From Ranitomeya imitator (taxonomy: Eukaryota), in assembly GCF_032444005.1 (NCBI RefSeq), contig NC_091283.1, positions 445,904,001 to 445,968,000 of the forward strand: 64,000 nt of DNA, read 5' to 3'. Below are positions 36,146 through 48,469 of the stretch, in pieces. How positions within the stretch are numbered: the first letter of the stretch is position 1; the number at the start of each line of letters is the position of its first letter. The position numbers and the translations under genes were made by a program. The notes beneath the pieces are model-generated. The model ran no database searches, had not been told where the DNA came from, and saw only the letters and a list, made by a program, of their open reading frames with translations.

Positions 36146-37200
36146 ACAACTCAAAGTCCCACCTGTATGCAGACGACACTCAGATCTACCTCTCTGGCCC
36201 AGATGTCACCTCTCTGCTGTCCAGAATCCCGGAGTGTCTGTCAGCCATATCCTCCTTCTTCACCTCTCACTTCCTAAAACTCAATGTAGACAAAACCGAA
36301 CTCATCATCTTTCCCCATCTCGCGTATCCCCCCTACCTGATCTATCTATTATGGTAAACGGCATCACGCTCTCTCCTGCACCTGAAATCCGCTGCCTCGG
36401 GGTAACTCTCGACTCTGCCCTGTCCTTCAAACCGCACATCTAAACTCTTGCCACCTCCTGTCGCCTCCAACTCAAAAATATTGACAGAATCCGTCCTTTA
36501 CTCAGCCTACAATCAACTAAAACTCTTGTGCATGCCCTCATCATCTCCCGCATCGATTACTGCAACACCCTCCTCTGTGGCCTCCGCGTTAACTCTCTTG
36601 CATGGCTCCAGTCTGTCGTCAAGTCTGCTGCCCGACTAATCCACCTCTCTCCTCACTACTCCCCTGCATCTCCCCTCTGCAAATCCCTCCACTGGCTCCA
36701 AATTCCCCAACGAATCCAGTTCAAACTCTAAGGCCGGGATCACATATGCGAGACACACGTCTGTGTCTCGCATGTGAAATCCAAGCTCTGGCGCCGGAAC
36801 TTCAGAGCGGAGCGTGCGGCTCCATGTGTTGCTATGCAGCCGCATGCTCCGCTCTGGAGTGCCGGCGCCAGAGCTTGGATTTCACATGCGAGACACGGAC
36901 GTGTTTCTCGCATGTGTGATCCCGGCCTAACACTGATCTACAAAGCCATCCACAACCTGTCCCCTCCCTATATCTCTGCACTAATCTCCCAATATCTTCC
37001 CTCACGTAATCTTCGATCCTCCCAAGACCTCCTACTCTCCTCCACACTTATTCATTCCCCACACAACCGCCTCCAAGATTTCTCCTGAATATCCCCCATC
37101 CTCTGGAATTCAACGCATCCGATTATCCACCACCCTCGGATCCTTCAGATGGAACCTGAAAACCCATCTCTTCAGGAGAATCTACAGCCAACAATAACGA
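36146..37200 (+). mobile_element. L2-clade LINE fragment (RT C-terminal part), interrupted by a MITE
   Basis: HLYADDTQIYLS, LKLNVDKTE, RCLGVTLDSALSFKPHI, HALIISRIDYCN. Confidence 0.9.
36732..36927. mobile_element. Palindromic Harbinger-like MITE
   Basis: TAA|GGCCGGGATCACA ... TGTGATCCCGGCC|TAA; removing it restores L2 QFKL|TLIYKAIHN. Confidence 0.9.
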
Positions 37201-37242
37201 TTCCGCCGACTCACCACCACCGGAGATGCCGCGTCACCAACC

Positions 37243-37410
37243 GCCGAAGCTACCACCTCACCAACTGCCCGAGCCGCCGCCTCACCAACTGCCCGAGCTG
37301 CCGCCTCACCAACTGCCCGAGCCGCCGCCTCACCAACTGCCCGAGCCGCCGCCTCACCAACTGCCCTAGCCACCGCCTCACCAACTGCCCAAGCCGCCGC
37401 CTCACCACCA
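37243..37410. repeat. 24-bp GC-rich minisatellite, ~7 copies
   Basis: GCCGCCGCCTCACCAACTGCCCGA units. Confidence 0.9.
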
Positions 37411-39336
37411 CCAGAGGTGCCGCACCCCCGACCTCCTGTCTCTTCCCCATTATCCCATGGAATGTAAGTCTTGCCATTACATGGCACTTTGATTCTCTCC
37501 ACGGCCTTATGGCTACCCTACCATCTTTCTGTGTTTAGGCACATCAGACATGGCTACCATTCATCGACTGTTTAGCTTCCCTTTAAAGTGAAATACACGT
37601 TATATCCGTTCATATACTACCCATATTGAATCCAACTTGTATATTTTGACCTCATTGGATGTGTTTATATGTTTACATATTTCATACTTGTTGACACATC
37701 TCCTAATAGGTATTTTCTATCCTTATATCCACAGTCCATTGTTTTTGTTCCACTAACTGTCTCACATTTTACATTGTATGGTGTTCACTCCTTTGGAGCA
37801 ATACTATGTCACCTGTGTGAGTGCAGGCACTTTTTGTGTTCTTAATGCCGCCTTCTACCCTTCTTTGTCCAAATAAACTTAATGTTTTACCCTTCATACT
37901 TATTGTCCTTCCATCTGCCCTTCCCTGTCTAGAAATTAGACTTGTGACCCCCGAGTGCGGCATAAAAACAGGTGATCGGTTTCCTGCGGGTCAAAGTCAG
38001 CGCAAATCCACATTATAATGAGAAAATCGATTGATCACAGCAGCTTCAAACATGGCATGGCTAGACATCAATTTTTTCTCGGTTTTCTTGAGCAACGGTG
38101 TCCAAAGTAAGGATGGCAAAGATGGATGATTAATCAGATTAGATTCATTTGCCACTTAAACGACGCACAGTTCCGATTTTCATTAAAATAACAAAAAAAA
38201 TTTGCCAATATCAAGGCAAAGGCGGCAGCAGTGCTGGCAATAAGGTGCGCAGGTGGCCTGGAAAGGAGGCACTGCATTTCTTCAGTGATGGGGAGTGGGG
38301 TTCTGTCTGAATCTCCCTAAGGCCTCTGTCACAGTTTTCACACGCACCGGAGACACTGACACAAGTAGACACATTGAAATCTATGTTGCTGTGCACATGT
38401 CAGTGTGTTTCCATGGACCATGTGACCCATACGTAGACATGACTGTTTTTTACCGGCAGCATGGGCCACAAAACGAGGAGCACACTGGGATGTTATCCAT
38501 GTGACACACACAGGTGCCTGAGCAGCAGCGGTACAGCAAGCGCTGTTCCCCGGCGCCGGGTGCTGAAGACGACTCATCATTCTCCCCTGCTCTGCCGGCG
38601 ATCAACGTGAGCAGAGGAGAATGATGAGAGTTATATTTAAGTGATAACAATGAGAGTAGGCGGTGGCTGATAGGATTATTACTCCAATAAGCCTACCCCT
38701 GCTGCCACTAATAACAGTGACAGCAGGAGACGCTGATGGGAGTATTCAGCACCCGCCGCCTGTGCTATAAATTAATGAGGTGTCCGTGCGTATTGTACTG
38801 ATGCAGTACATGGTTGCCACAAGTATTACACACACGGACATTGACACTTCTGGTACCGGGAAAAAAATGGACGTGTGAGACTGGCCTACAACAGGGATTC
38901 AGATGAACCGCCGATAGGACCATAGAATACAACGTCAAAGAAAGGGGGGATTTCGTTTGTGTTTTATCTATGAACGTGGCCGTTTGGGCAGATGGGCACA
39001 GAGACGTGGCTTACTGCCCTTTCTGTACCCATTTGAAGAAACGCACACAGAAAACAAAAATAGAAGAAGTTCAAGAAATCTGTCCGCTCGGTTCATTTTT
39101 TTCCCTCTCTTGTCCCATCGGTGGTTTAAACCCCCATCCCCCCAAAACACAAAACATTCAGTCTGCCCCCCGGATGCAGTGTGATCAGCATGTATAGCAG
39201 TCATATCTATACCCTATGGCACTTCAGCTTTCGGGGGGCAGATGATGACACATCCCAACGTGTACGCAGCAAGCCATGCACAGCGGGACGAGATGGGGGC
39301 TGATGAATCAAGAGCGACATTAGTCGGCAGGAGTAA

Positions 39337-40037
39337 AGGTACCTTCACACATAACGATATCGTTAACTAAATCGTTGTGTGTGACAGCGACCAACGATCA
39401 GGCCCCTGCTGGGAGATCGTTGGTCGCTGAGGAAAGTCCAGAACTTTATTTCGTCGCTGGACTCCCTGCAGACATCGCTGGATCGGCGTGTGTGACACCG
39501 ATCCAGCGATGTCTTCACTGGTAACCAGGGTAAACATCGGGTTACTAAGCGCAGGGCCGTGCTTAGTAACCCGATGTTTACCCTGGTTACCAGCGTAAAC
39601 GTTAAAAAAACAAACTACATACTTACCTACCGCTGTCTGTCCCCGGCGCTCAGCTTCTCTGCACTCCTCCTGTACTGGCTGTGAGCGTCGGTCAGCCGGA
39701 AAGCACAGCGGTGACGTCACCGCTCTGCTTTCTGGCCGCTGTGCTCACAGTCAGTGAAGGAGGAGTGCAGAGAAGCAGAGCACCGGGGACAGACAGCGGT
39801 AGGTAAGTATGTACTGTTTTTTTTACTTTTACGCTGGTAACCAGGGTAAACATCGGGTTACTAAGCGCGGCTCTGCGCTTAGTAACCCGATGTTTACCCT
39901 GATTACCCGGGGACCTCGGGATCGTTGGTCGCTGGAGAGCCGTCTGTGTGACAGCTCTCCAGCGAGCAAACAGCGACGCTGCAGCGATCGACATCGTTGT
40001 CGGTATCGCTGCAGCGTCGCTGAGTGTGAAGGTACCT
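39337..40037. mobile_element. GGTACC-family MITE
   Basis: TAA|AGGTACCTTCACAC ... GTGTGAAGGTACCT|TTA. Confidence 0.85.
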
Positions 40038-40712
40038 TTAGATGCACCAGATTCATTACAAGACACACCGCTTTACGAATTGTGCATCTTCAGGTTTCCA
40101 AAGTCATGGAGTAGCCCCAGGCTTAAAGGGGACAGCTGAGTGACTAGTTGTTTTGTGCCATACATTATGTTATAGCCCACTTAGACCCACCATCGTGACT
40201 AGAACTAATATTATTGCTACAGCACGCATAGATTGTTCACTGTGCAATCCCTCACACAAGAGGCACCTGCTTTATTTTAAAAATAATCTTGTTCCCCTTG
40301 ATGTAGGACTTATTCGGGTAACAATCATGATTTATATCATTGCCTGATACCATATTATCTAAGGGACATATTTTTCTTGATCTCATATTGTTTCGTGCCA
40401 TGTAGTCCTCTTCCTCTACGTAGCCCTGCCCTCATCTCTGATCGGAAGCTTTCTGCCTATGCAGTGTACACAAAAAGCTGGCAATCAGTGATGCGAGAGG
40501 GGTTATGCAGAGCTTAGCATTCAGAGAACAGCTAGATCTGCAGCAAATATAATAGGGATTTTAACAAAACTAGAGTAAGCAGAACAGTAAGTGACACCAC
40601 TGGAATCAGGGTCTCTGCCCCTACATTATTTTATTGTCAGATTACATAGAAAAAACCTGGTGACAAATTCCCTTTATAATTATATGAAGAAAAAAAAAAA
40701 ATGAGATTTTCA

Positions 40713-41992
40713 CCCCTTTCTGACCACGGGATAGTACGTCCGAGGTCAGATCCCCTGCTTTGATGCGGGCTCCGGCGGTGAGCCCGCATCAAAGCCGGGA
40801 TATGTCAGCTGTTTTGAACAGCTGACATGTGCCCACAATAGCGACGGGTAGAATCGCGATCCACCAGCTGCTATCAACTAGTTAAATGCTGCTGTCAAAC
40901 GCTGACAGCGGCATTTAACTAACGCTTCCGGCCATCGGGCCGGAAATGAGCACATCGTCGACCCCCCGTCATGTGATCGGGGGTCAGCGATGCGTCGGCA
41001 TGACAACCTGAGGTCTCCTTGAGACCTCTGTGGTTGTTGATGCCAGGCTGCTGTGAGCGCCACCCTGTGGTCGGCGCTCATAGCAATGCTGGAATTCAGC
41101 TACATAGGAGTGATCTAATGATCGGTGCTATGTAGCAGAGCCGATCGAGTTGTGCCAGCTTCTAGCCTTCCATGGAGGATAATGAAGCATGGCAAAAGTT
41201 AATAAAAAGAAACATTAAAAAAAAAAAAAATGAAAAAAATATAAAAGTTTAAATCACCCCCCTTTCGCCCCATTCAAAATAAAACGACAACAAAAAAAAA
41301 ATAAAATCAAAGCACACATATTTGGTATCGCCGCATTCAGAATCGCCCGATCAATAAAAAAATAAGGATTAACCTGATCGCTAAACAGCATAGGGAGAAA
41401 GAAAAAAAAACGCCAGAATTACGTTTTTTTGGTCACTGCGACATTGCATTAAAATGCAATAACGGGCGACCAAAAAATCGTATCTGCACCAAAATGGAAT
41501 CACTAAAAACGTCCGCTCAGCGTGAAAAAAGTAAGCCCTCACCTGACCCCAGATCACGAAAAGTGGAGACGCTACGGGTATCAGAAAACGGCGCAATTTT
41601 TTTTTTTTTTTAGCAAAGTTTGGAATTTTTTTTTCACCACTTAGATAAAAGACAACCCAGACATGTTTGGTGTCTATGAACTCATAATGACCTGGAGAAT
41701 CACAATGGCAGGTCAGTTTTAGCATTTAGTGAACCTAGCAAAATAGCCAAACAAAAAACAAGTGTGGGATTGCACTTTTTTTTGCAATTTCACCACACTT
41801 GGAATTTTATTCCCGTTTTCTAGTACACGACATGCAAAAACCAATGATGTCGTTCAAAAGTACAACTTGTCCCGCAAAAAATAAGCCCTCACATGACCAT
41901 ATTGACGGAAAAATAAAAAAGTTATGCCTTTGGGAAGGAGGGGAGCGAAAAACGAACATGGAAAAATGGAAAATCCTAAGGTCATGAAGGGG
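40713..41992 (+). mobile_element. Non-autonomous piggyBac-like element
   Basis: TTCA|CCCCTTTCTGACC ... GGTCATGAAGGGG|TTAA. Confidence 0.8.
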
Positions 41993-42311
41993 TTAATTTT
42001 TTTGGCAAAAATCGCCCAACCCTAGTCAACAAGTATAACGAAAAATGGTGAAATCGAGAAAAAAAAAAAACATTCAGAGAAAGGGAATCTTGTAGATGTA
42101 AACAACTTGTCATTCCACACATGGGCTATAGGTCTAGGGCCACTATTGTCTACAGGAAAGGCTGAAAAGAGTCCAGTGGGGAAACAGCCCAAGAGTGATC
42201 GCAGGACAGAGCAGTCACATCGCCTTCCCAGAGGATGCAGGATTGTGTGGAGCTGTACTGACAGAAGAGGCAGAATCTGGCACAAGCAGCATGGGGCCCT
42301 GCGGCGGCCGA

Positions 42312-43790
42312 GGTATGACACCACCACACGGTGCCAGGTCCCAGGTATGACACCACCACACGGTGCCAGGTCCCAGGTATGACACCACCACACGGTGCCA
42401 GGTCCCAGGTATGACACCACCACACGGTGCCAGGTCCCAGGTATGACACCACCACACGGTGCCAGGTCCCAGGTATGACACCACCACACGGTGCCAGGTC
42501 CCAGGTATGACACCACCACACGGTGCCAGGTCCCAGGTATGACACCACCACACGGTGCCAGGTCCCAGGTATGACACCACCACACGGTGCCAGGTCCCAG
42601 GTATGACACCACCACACGGTGCCAGGTCCCAGGTATGACACCACCACACGGTGCCAGGTCCCAGGTATGACACCACCACACGGTGCCAGGTCCCAGGTAT
42701 GACACCACCACACGGTGCCAGGTCCCAGGTATGACACCACCACACGGTGCCAGGTCCCAGGTATGACACCACCACACGGTGCCAGGTCCCAGGTATGACA
42801 CCACCACACGGTGCCAGGTCCCAGGTATGACACCACCACACGGTGCCAGGTCCCAGGTATGACACCACCACACGGTGCCAGGTCCCAGGTATGACACCAC
42901 CACACGGTGCCAGGTCCCAGGTATGACACCACCACACGGTGCCAGGTCCCAGGTATGACACCACCACACGGTGCCAGGTACCAGGTATGACACCACCACA
43001 CGGTGCCAGGTCCCAGGTATGACACCACCACACGGTGCCAGGTCCCAGGTATGACACCACCACACGGTGCCAGGTCCCAGGTATGACACCACCACACGGT
43101 GCCAGGTCCCAGGTATGACACCACCACACGGTGCCAGGTCCCAGGTATGACACCACCACACGGTGCCAGGTCCCAGGTATGACACCACCACACGGTGCCA
43201 GGTCCCAGGTATGACACCACCACACGGTGCCAGGTCCCAGGTATGACACCACCACACGGTGCCAGGTCCCAGGTATGACACCACCACACGGTGCCAGGTC
43301 CCAGGTATGACACCACCACACGGTGCCAGGTCCCAGGTATGACACCACCACACGGTGCCAGGTCCCAGGTATGACACCACCACACGGTGCCAGGTCCCAG
43401 GTATGACACCATCACACGGTGCCAGGTCCCAGGTATGACACCACCACACGGTGCCAGGTCCCAGGTATGACACCACCACACGGTGCCAGGTCCTAGGTAT
43501 GACACCACCACACGGTGCCAGGTCCCAGGTATGACACCACCACACGGTGCCAGGTCCCAGGTATGACACCACCACACGGTGCCAGGTCCCAGGTATGACA
43601 CCACCACACGGTGCCAGGTCCCAGGTATGACACCACCACACGGTGCCAGGTCCCAGGTATGACACCACCACACGGTGCCAGGTCCCAGGTATGACACCAT
43701 CACACGGTGCCAGATCCCAGGTATGACACCATCACACGGTGCCAGGTCCCAGGTATGACACCATCACACGGTGCCAGGTCCCAGGTATGA
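42312..43790. repeat. 32-bp minisatellite, ~46 nearly identical copies
   Basis: GTATGACACCACCACACGGTGCCAGGTCCCAG units with no spacers. Confidence 0.97.
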
Positions 43791-44056
43791 CCTCACCATG
43801 TCAGGTACCAGCATGTCAGCATCCCGCCCTGCAGGGCTCCGGTTGGCATTTAGAGGGCACGCTCACGGATACTATACGGGTCCCGGTGGCCACTACAGAC
43901 TGTCCTGAGCCATCACTCCTTAATCCCTGCTTTCTCCAGTCCCCTCAGCCCCAGGCCATGCTGCTCCCCGCTGGGCCCTGTCCGGTGCCCGGCCGCCTCC
44001 TCGCCATGTGCAGACACCCCCACAGCTGCCCCCGATATCTCCGGGTTGCCCCTCAC

Positions 44057-44290
44057 CTGCCATGTCCCAGCCGCCGGTCATTCCGTCCCTCTGTCCACCC
44101 GCCGGATGCCGACTGACCGCCGGCTCTCACTTCCTTAGCAACAGGCCTCGCAAAGACGCGCTCACTTCCTTAGCAACGGTCAACAGGCCGCGGTTTGTAC
44201 TTCCTTAGTAACAGCTGCGTAACCACGCCCACAAGCGGCAGCTACACCGGCTGATATGGTAGAACTACAGCTCCCAGCAGCCCCGCTCCA
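44057..44290 (-). promoter_or_regulatory. KIF3B: Probable KIF3B promoter and non-coding exon 1
   Basis: CpG-rich; three ACTTCCTTAG(C/T)AAC elements (44128-44212); CCACGCCC; ACTACAGCTCCCAGCAG (ZNF143-type, 44264); minus-strand donor CAG|GTGAGG at 44057/44056. Confidence 0.7.
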
Positions 44291-44602
44291 GGTCTATGAG
44301 GGCCCTTAAGTACCACAATCCCTGGGGCCCCTATGCTTCTTACTTGAACTCTTCACCTCCATTTTCTGTGGCGATTTCTGCAGCTTTACTGGAGCTTTCA
44401 TTGGTACCATCTTTAGAGGTGGAAAAAAGTGATTCCGCCATTTTAATATGTTTTTTTTTTACACTTTCCCGCATTCATGGCACGCACGGGATAAATATTC
44501 AGATGTTATTAGTTCACACAGTCGCGGTGATAACAAATATGTATTTTTGTAGGTTTTATTTACATTCAGGGACCAGCTGAAATTCTAGATTAAAAAAATG
44601 TA

Positions 44603-45688
44603 CCGTATATACTCGCGTATAAGCCAAGACCCCTAATTTTGCCACAAAAAAACTGGGAACACTTAATGAGTCGAGTGGGAAATGCAGCAGCTACCGATAA
44701 ATTTTAAAAATAAAAAGGGATAGGGAATAAAGGGATACCAATAAAAGTAAAATTAATTGAGATATCAGTAGGTTAAGTGTTTCTGAATATCCATATTGAA
44801 TCAAGAGCCCCATATAATGCTCCATAAAGTTTATGATGGGCCCATAAGATGCTCCATATTAAAATATGCCCCATATAGTCCTGCATAAAGGTTGATGGCC
44901 CCCTAAGATGCTCCATAGAATAATATGCCCCACATGCTGCTCCATAAAGGTTGATGGCCCCCTAAGATGCTCCATAGAATAATATGCCCCACATGCTGCT
45001 CCATAAAGGTTGATGGCCCCATAAGATGCTCCATAGAATAATATGGCCCATATGCTGCTGCAATTAAATAAAAGAAAATGACATACTCACCTCTAGTTGC
45101 TGTGGCGGCCAGGTGCCGGAGTCACCGCTGGCTCCGGCCCCCGACACTTGCGATATTCACCTGTCCCCATTCCACCGCCGCTGTTTTCCGGCTCTCTGCA
45201 GTGACTGTTCAGGCAGAGCGCGTGCACTAACCACGTCATCGCGCCCTCTGACCTGAATGTCACAGCCAGAGGACCCAGAAGACAGCGCGGCGGTGGAACG
45301 GGGACAGGTGAATATCGCATGGCTCACCCTCCTGGTGCGGTCTGCAGGTCCCTGCTTCTCCGATGGTCTCCGGCAGCTATTCCGGTGTTCAGCGGCCACT
45401 GGTACCGCTCATTAAAGTAATGAATATGCGCTCCACGGCTATGGGAGTAGAGGCACGTCCATATTCATTACTTTAATGAGCGGTACCATGTGACCGCTGA
45501 ATACAGGAAGAGCGCGCTGGAGCCCATCTGAGAAGCAGGGACTTGCAGACCATGCCGGGAGGCAAGTATGATGTGATAGCCGCCACTCCCCCTACCCCAG
45601 GGACTATGACTCGAGTATAAGCCGAGAGGGGCACTTCAGCCTAAAAAATATGTGCTGAAAATTTCAGCTTATACTCGAGTATATACGG
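44603..45688. mobile_element. pogo/Tigger-like MITE
   Basis: TA|CCGTATATACTCGCGTATAAG ... CTTATACTCGAGTATATACGG|TA. Confidence 0.85.
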
Positions 45689-46094
45689 TATATTTTTTTA
45701 CATCCTTTTCAGAGGTTTCCTTAGGGAAGCAAAGGATCACCTGATGGCGCGTAATACTATACTGTAATATGGCAGTGTACGGCGACTGGCAAAAGTGCAG
45801 CACGAGATCAGACCCGTATACGATGATGACACCTGCTGTCCATACGTTTCATCAGACGGAGAGACCTCCTCCACACCGCCAATGGCACCTCTACCTGTGT
45901 GATCAATGGCACTGTACTTAGGCCCATCTCCCTCTGGAGCCACAAAGCTCCTGCCCGCTTCTTTAGATTGTGCCAGTGCACACAATTTAAAGGGGTATTT
46001 CAGCACCTCTCACTGCCCCACTGGAAGGCAAGAGGAGCTACAGGCATCCCATAGACGGCCGTTCGCTATGCCTCATGCACACATCTTATTCTAT

Positions 46095-47694
46095 TTAAAG
46101 GGGCACCAATGACTGATCAAACCAAGCACGGCACTCTGTGTCAATCATTTAAATTCACCTTCCCATCTTTATCCACCCTTCCCTGGCTCTATAAAGCCAG
46201 AATTGTCAATCAAAGAGAGGGGGTAGAGACTGAGAAAACAAGCAGGTGGGAAAGTGAACTCAAACGCATGGCTATGACAAAGGTGCAGCCAGCGCCTGTA
46301 CATGGTTTGATCAGTCATTCATTGCTCACAGAGTGCCTTTAAAAAGAAAATGCCTGCCAATGCAAATCACCTTCTGATGCAGAAGAGGCGCTGGGTAATC
46401 GCTTTCACCTAAGCACGCTCAAAGACTTACGCAGCTTCAACCATATACTGTATTCTTCAATAACGGCGGAGAGAATGTTCAGCTCACAGCTATATAATGT
46501 GTATGTGGGGGGCGTAAGATGGAAAGATAAAGATGTCAGCCCAATGTGGACTTACCAGTATCATTGCAACAGAAGCAGGTTTCCTGTTCCTGAGAGCAAG
46601 CAGAAATCCAGCAGCTGCTTTATCCCATCATTTTTGCAGGAAGACGAACTAGTCAGATTTTATTTTTTATTACAGAAATAAGTAAAAAATAATGGGAACA
46701 CGTTATTTATGTGCCAGTGACTCAGTAAGTGGCTCCCTATGTACGCAGCTCTACGCTCACTATTGGTAGAAGCTTCTGTTCACATTCAGCGCACTGTGGT
46801 CCCGATGATAGGCAGACGGCTCATTTTACAGGGTCCGCTGACTGCACTTAAGTTTACTGGAAAGTTCAGACGAGGATACAGCTGTCAGGTTGATGGAAAC
46901 AATCAGACTGTGTGGCCTTTTAAAGGGACTGTCAGCACAGAATGACTGTTCAAACCAAGTACAGGCACTCGGTGCATCATGGGGGGGCCAGTCATTTAAC
47001 TGCATAATCCCACCTGCTTGGTTTCCATCTATCTCCACCCTTCTCTGCCCATAGAAACCCAGAGCTGTAAATCAAGCAACAGGAGGGCAGAGATTGAGGA
47101 CAACCAGCAGGTGGGAAGGTGTATTCAGAGTATTGGCCCTGACATTAAGCACCGATTGGTGGTACTTTGAACAATTATTCTGTGCGGACAGTCTCTTTAA
47201 AGGGAGTGTCAGCACGGACTGTTCAAACCAAGTTCAGGCACCCTTGATGTGGCCAAATAGTTCAGTGCATCTTTCCCAAATACTTGTTTCCCACCCTTCT
47301 CTAGCTGTATAAATCCAAAGCGGTCAAAGAGGTGGGGCGGAATTATAGGGAAAACAAGTGGGAAGGTTCACTTAAAGGGACAGTCAGCACAGAATGACAG
47401 TTCAAACCATAGTTTCATAGTTGTAAGTAGTTAAGTTCATCGAGTTCAACCTATAGCACAGGCACTCTGTGTATCAGGATGTGGCCAACCATTTACCGTA
47501 ACTACATGTTACCACCTGACTGTTTTCCATCTCTGTCTCTATCAAGCCAGTGCTGTCAATCAAAGAAGAGGGGGTAAATATAGAGGGATAACAAGTAGGT
47601 AGAAAGGAGCAGCTACATATTTGGCCCCGCCCTGATGCACCAAGCGCCGGTACTTGATTTGAACAGTCACTGTGCGGTTAAGGCTCCTTTTTAA
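46095..47694. mobile_element. Cluster of Kolobok/T2-like MITEs (46095-46342; tandem units 46920-47200, 47197-47375, 47372-47694)
   Basis: Each starts TTAAAGGG with the shared core GACTGTTCAAACCAAG; adjacent units share one TTAA. Confidence 0.65.
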
Positions 47695-48280
47695 ATGCAT
47701 ATAGTAGGTACCACTTTCCTTAGTATGCCATCAGAAGTGGCAAGGTTGATAGGAACAAATGTCTTTTCTAGTTTACTTTATCAGGGCATCTTGGAAAATG
47801 TCCCTTTAAGCAGAATAAAAAAAATATATAAGGCCTATATATTCACACATATCTGCAGACCCTTCTTTGGGGAACTCTGCAGTCATTTCCAAATCATTAG
47901 TCTTTATGGTAGAAAGCCCCTTGAAGTCGTATTCCCCGTCGCTAGGATATACCATTTCATTTAAGATCAGTGAGGGCACAGTCTCTACGACCTAAGAATA
48001 AAGGACCTTAGCGATGCACCACCCACACACTGCCTGATCAGGGGCGCTTCCAGACACTTGTGGTTAAGGGAACTCTAGTTGGCATCCCCACTGATCATAA
48101 AGTAAGAGCATATCCTAGAGATAAGCCAACATCCTCCAAACTGGGAAAACCCCCATAAAATAAGACAGACATTTGGCAGCACAGGGTTTCCCAGGTGAGG
48201 ATTAGAACTGGCCCCTTTGCTAGTCTTCTCTAACCACAGACTAGCATTCTTGGGTAATGTCCTCTCAACGCCACGTTCCC

Positions 48281-48469
48281 TCACAGCTCATCTGGCTTCC
48301 TGACCACTGAATCCATCCCGAAGAAGGAGGAGGGCGTCCCCTGAAGATCACGCTCCCTCTTCACGAACGCCGTGAATGACGACACACAGTTCCCAATAAA
48401 ATGGTCCGACTGTCCCAGAATATACAGATCTATTTGTGCCACTTCTGGTTGTAAGCTCACAACTTTAAC
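48281..48469 (-). CDS. POFUT1: POFUT1 exon 7
   Basis: [19 protein letters not shown]...KPDEL*, 189 bp. Confidence 0.95.
   Translation of the reverse strand, partial: VKVVSLQPEVAQIDLYILGQSDHFIGNCVSSFTAFVKRERDLQGTPSSFFGMDSVVRKPDEL

Noticed and set aside
42022-43703. ORFs of 378-549 aa and a CRISPR-like regular array
   Set aside because: They are translations of a 32-bp tandem repeat. There are no unique spacers and no cas genes, and the context is a vertebrate intron.
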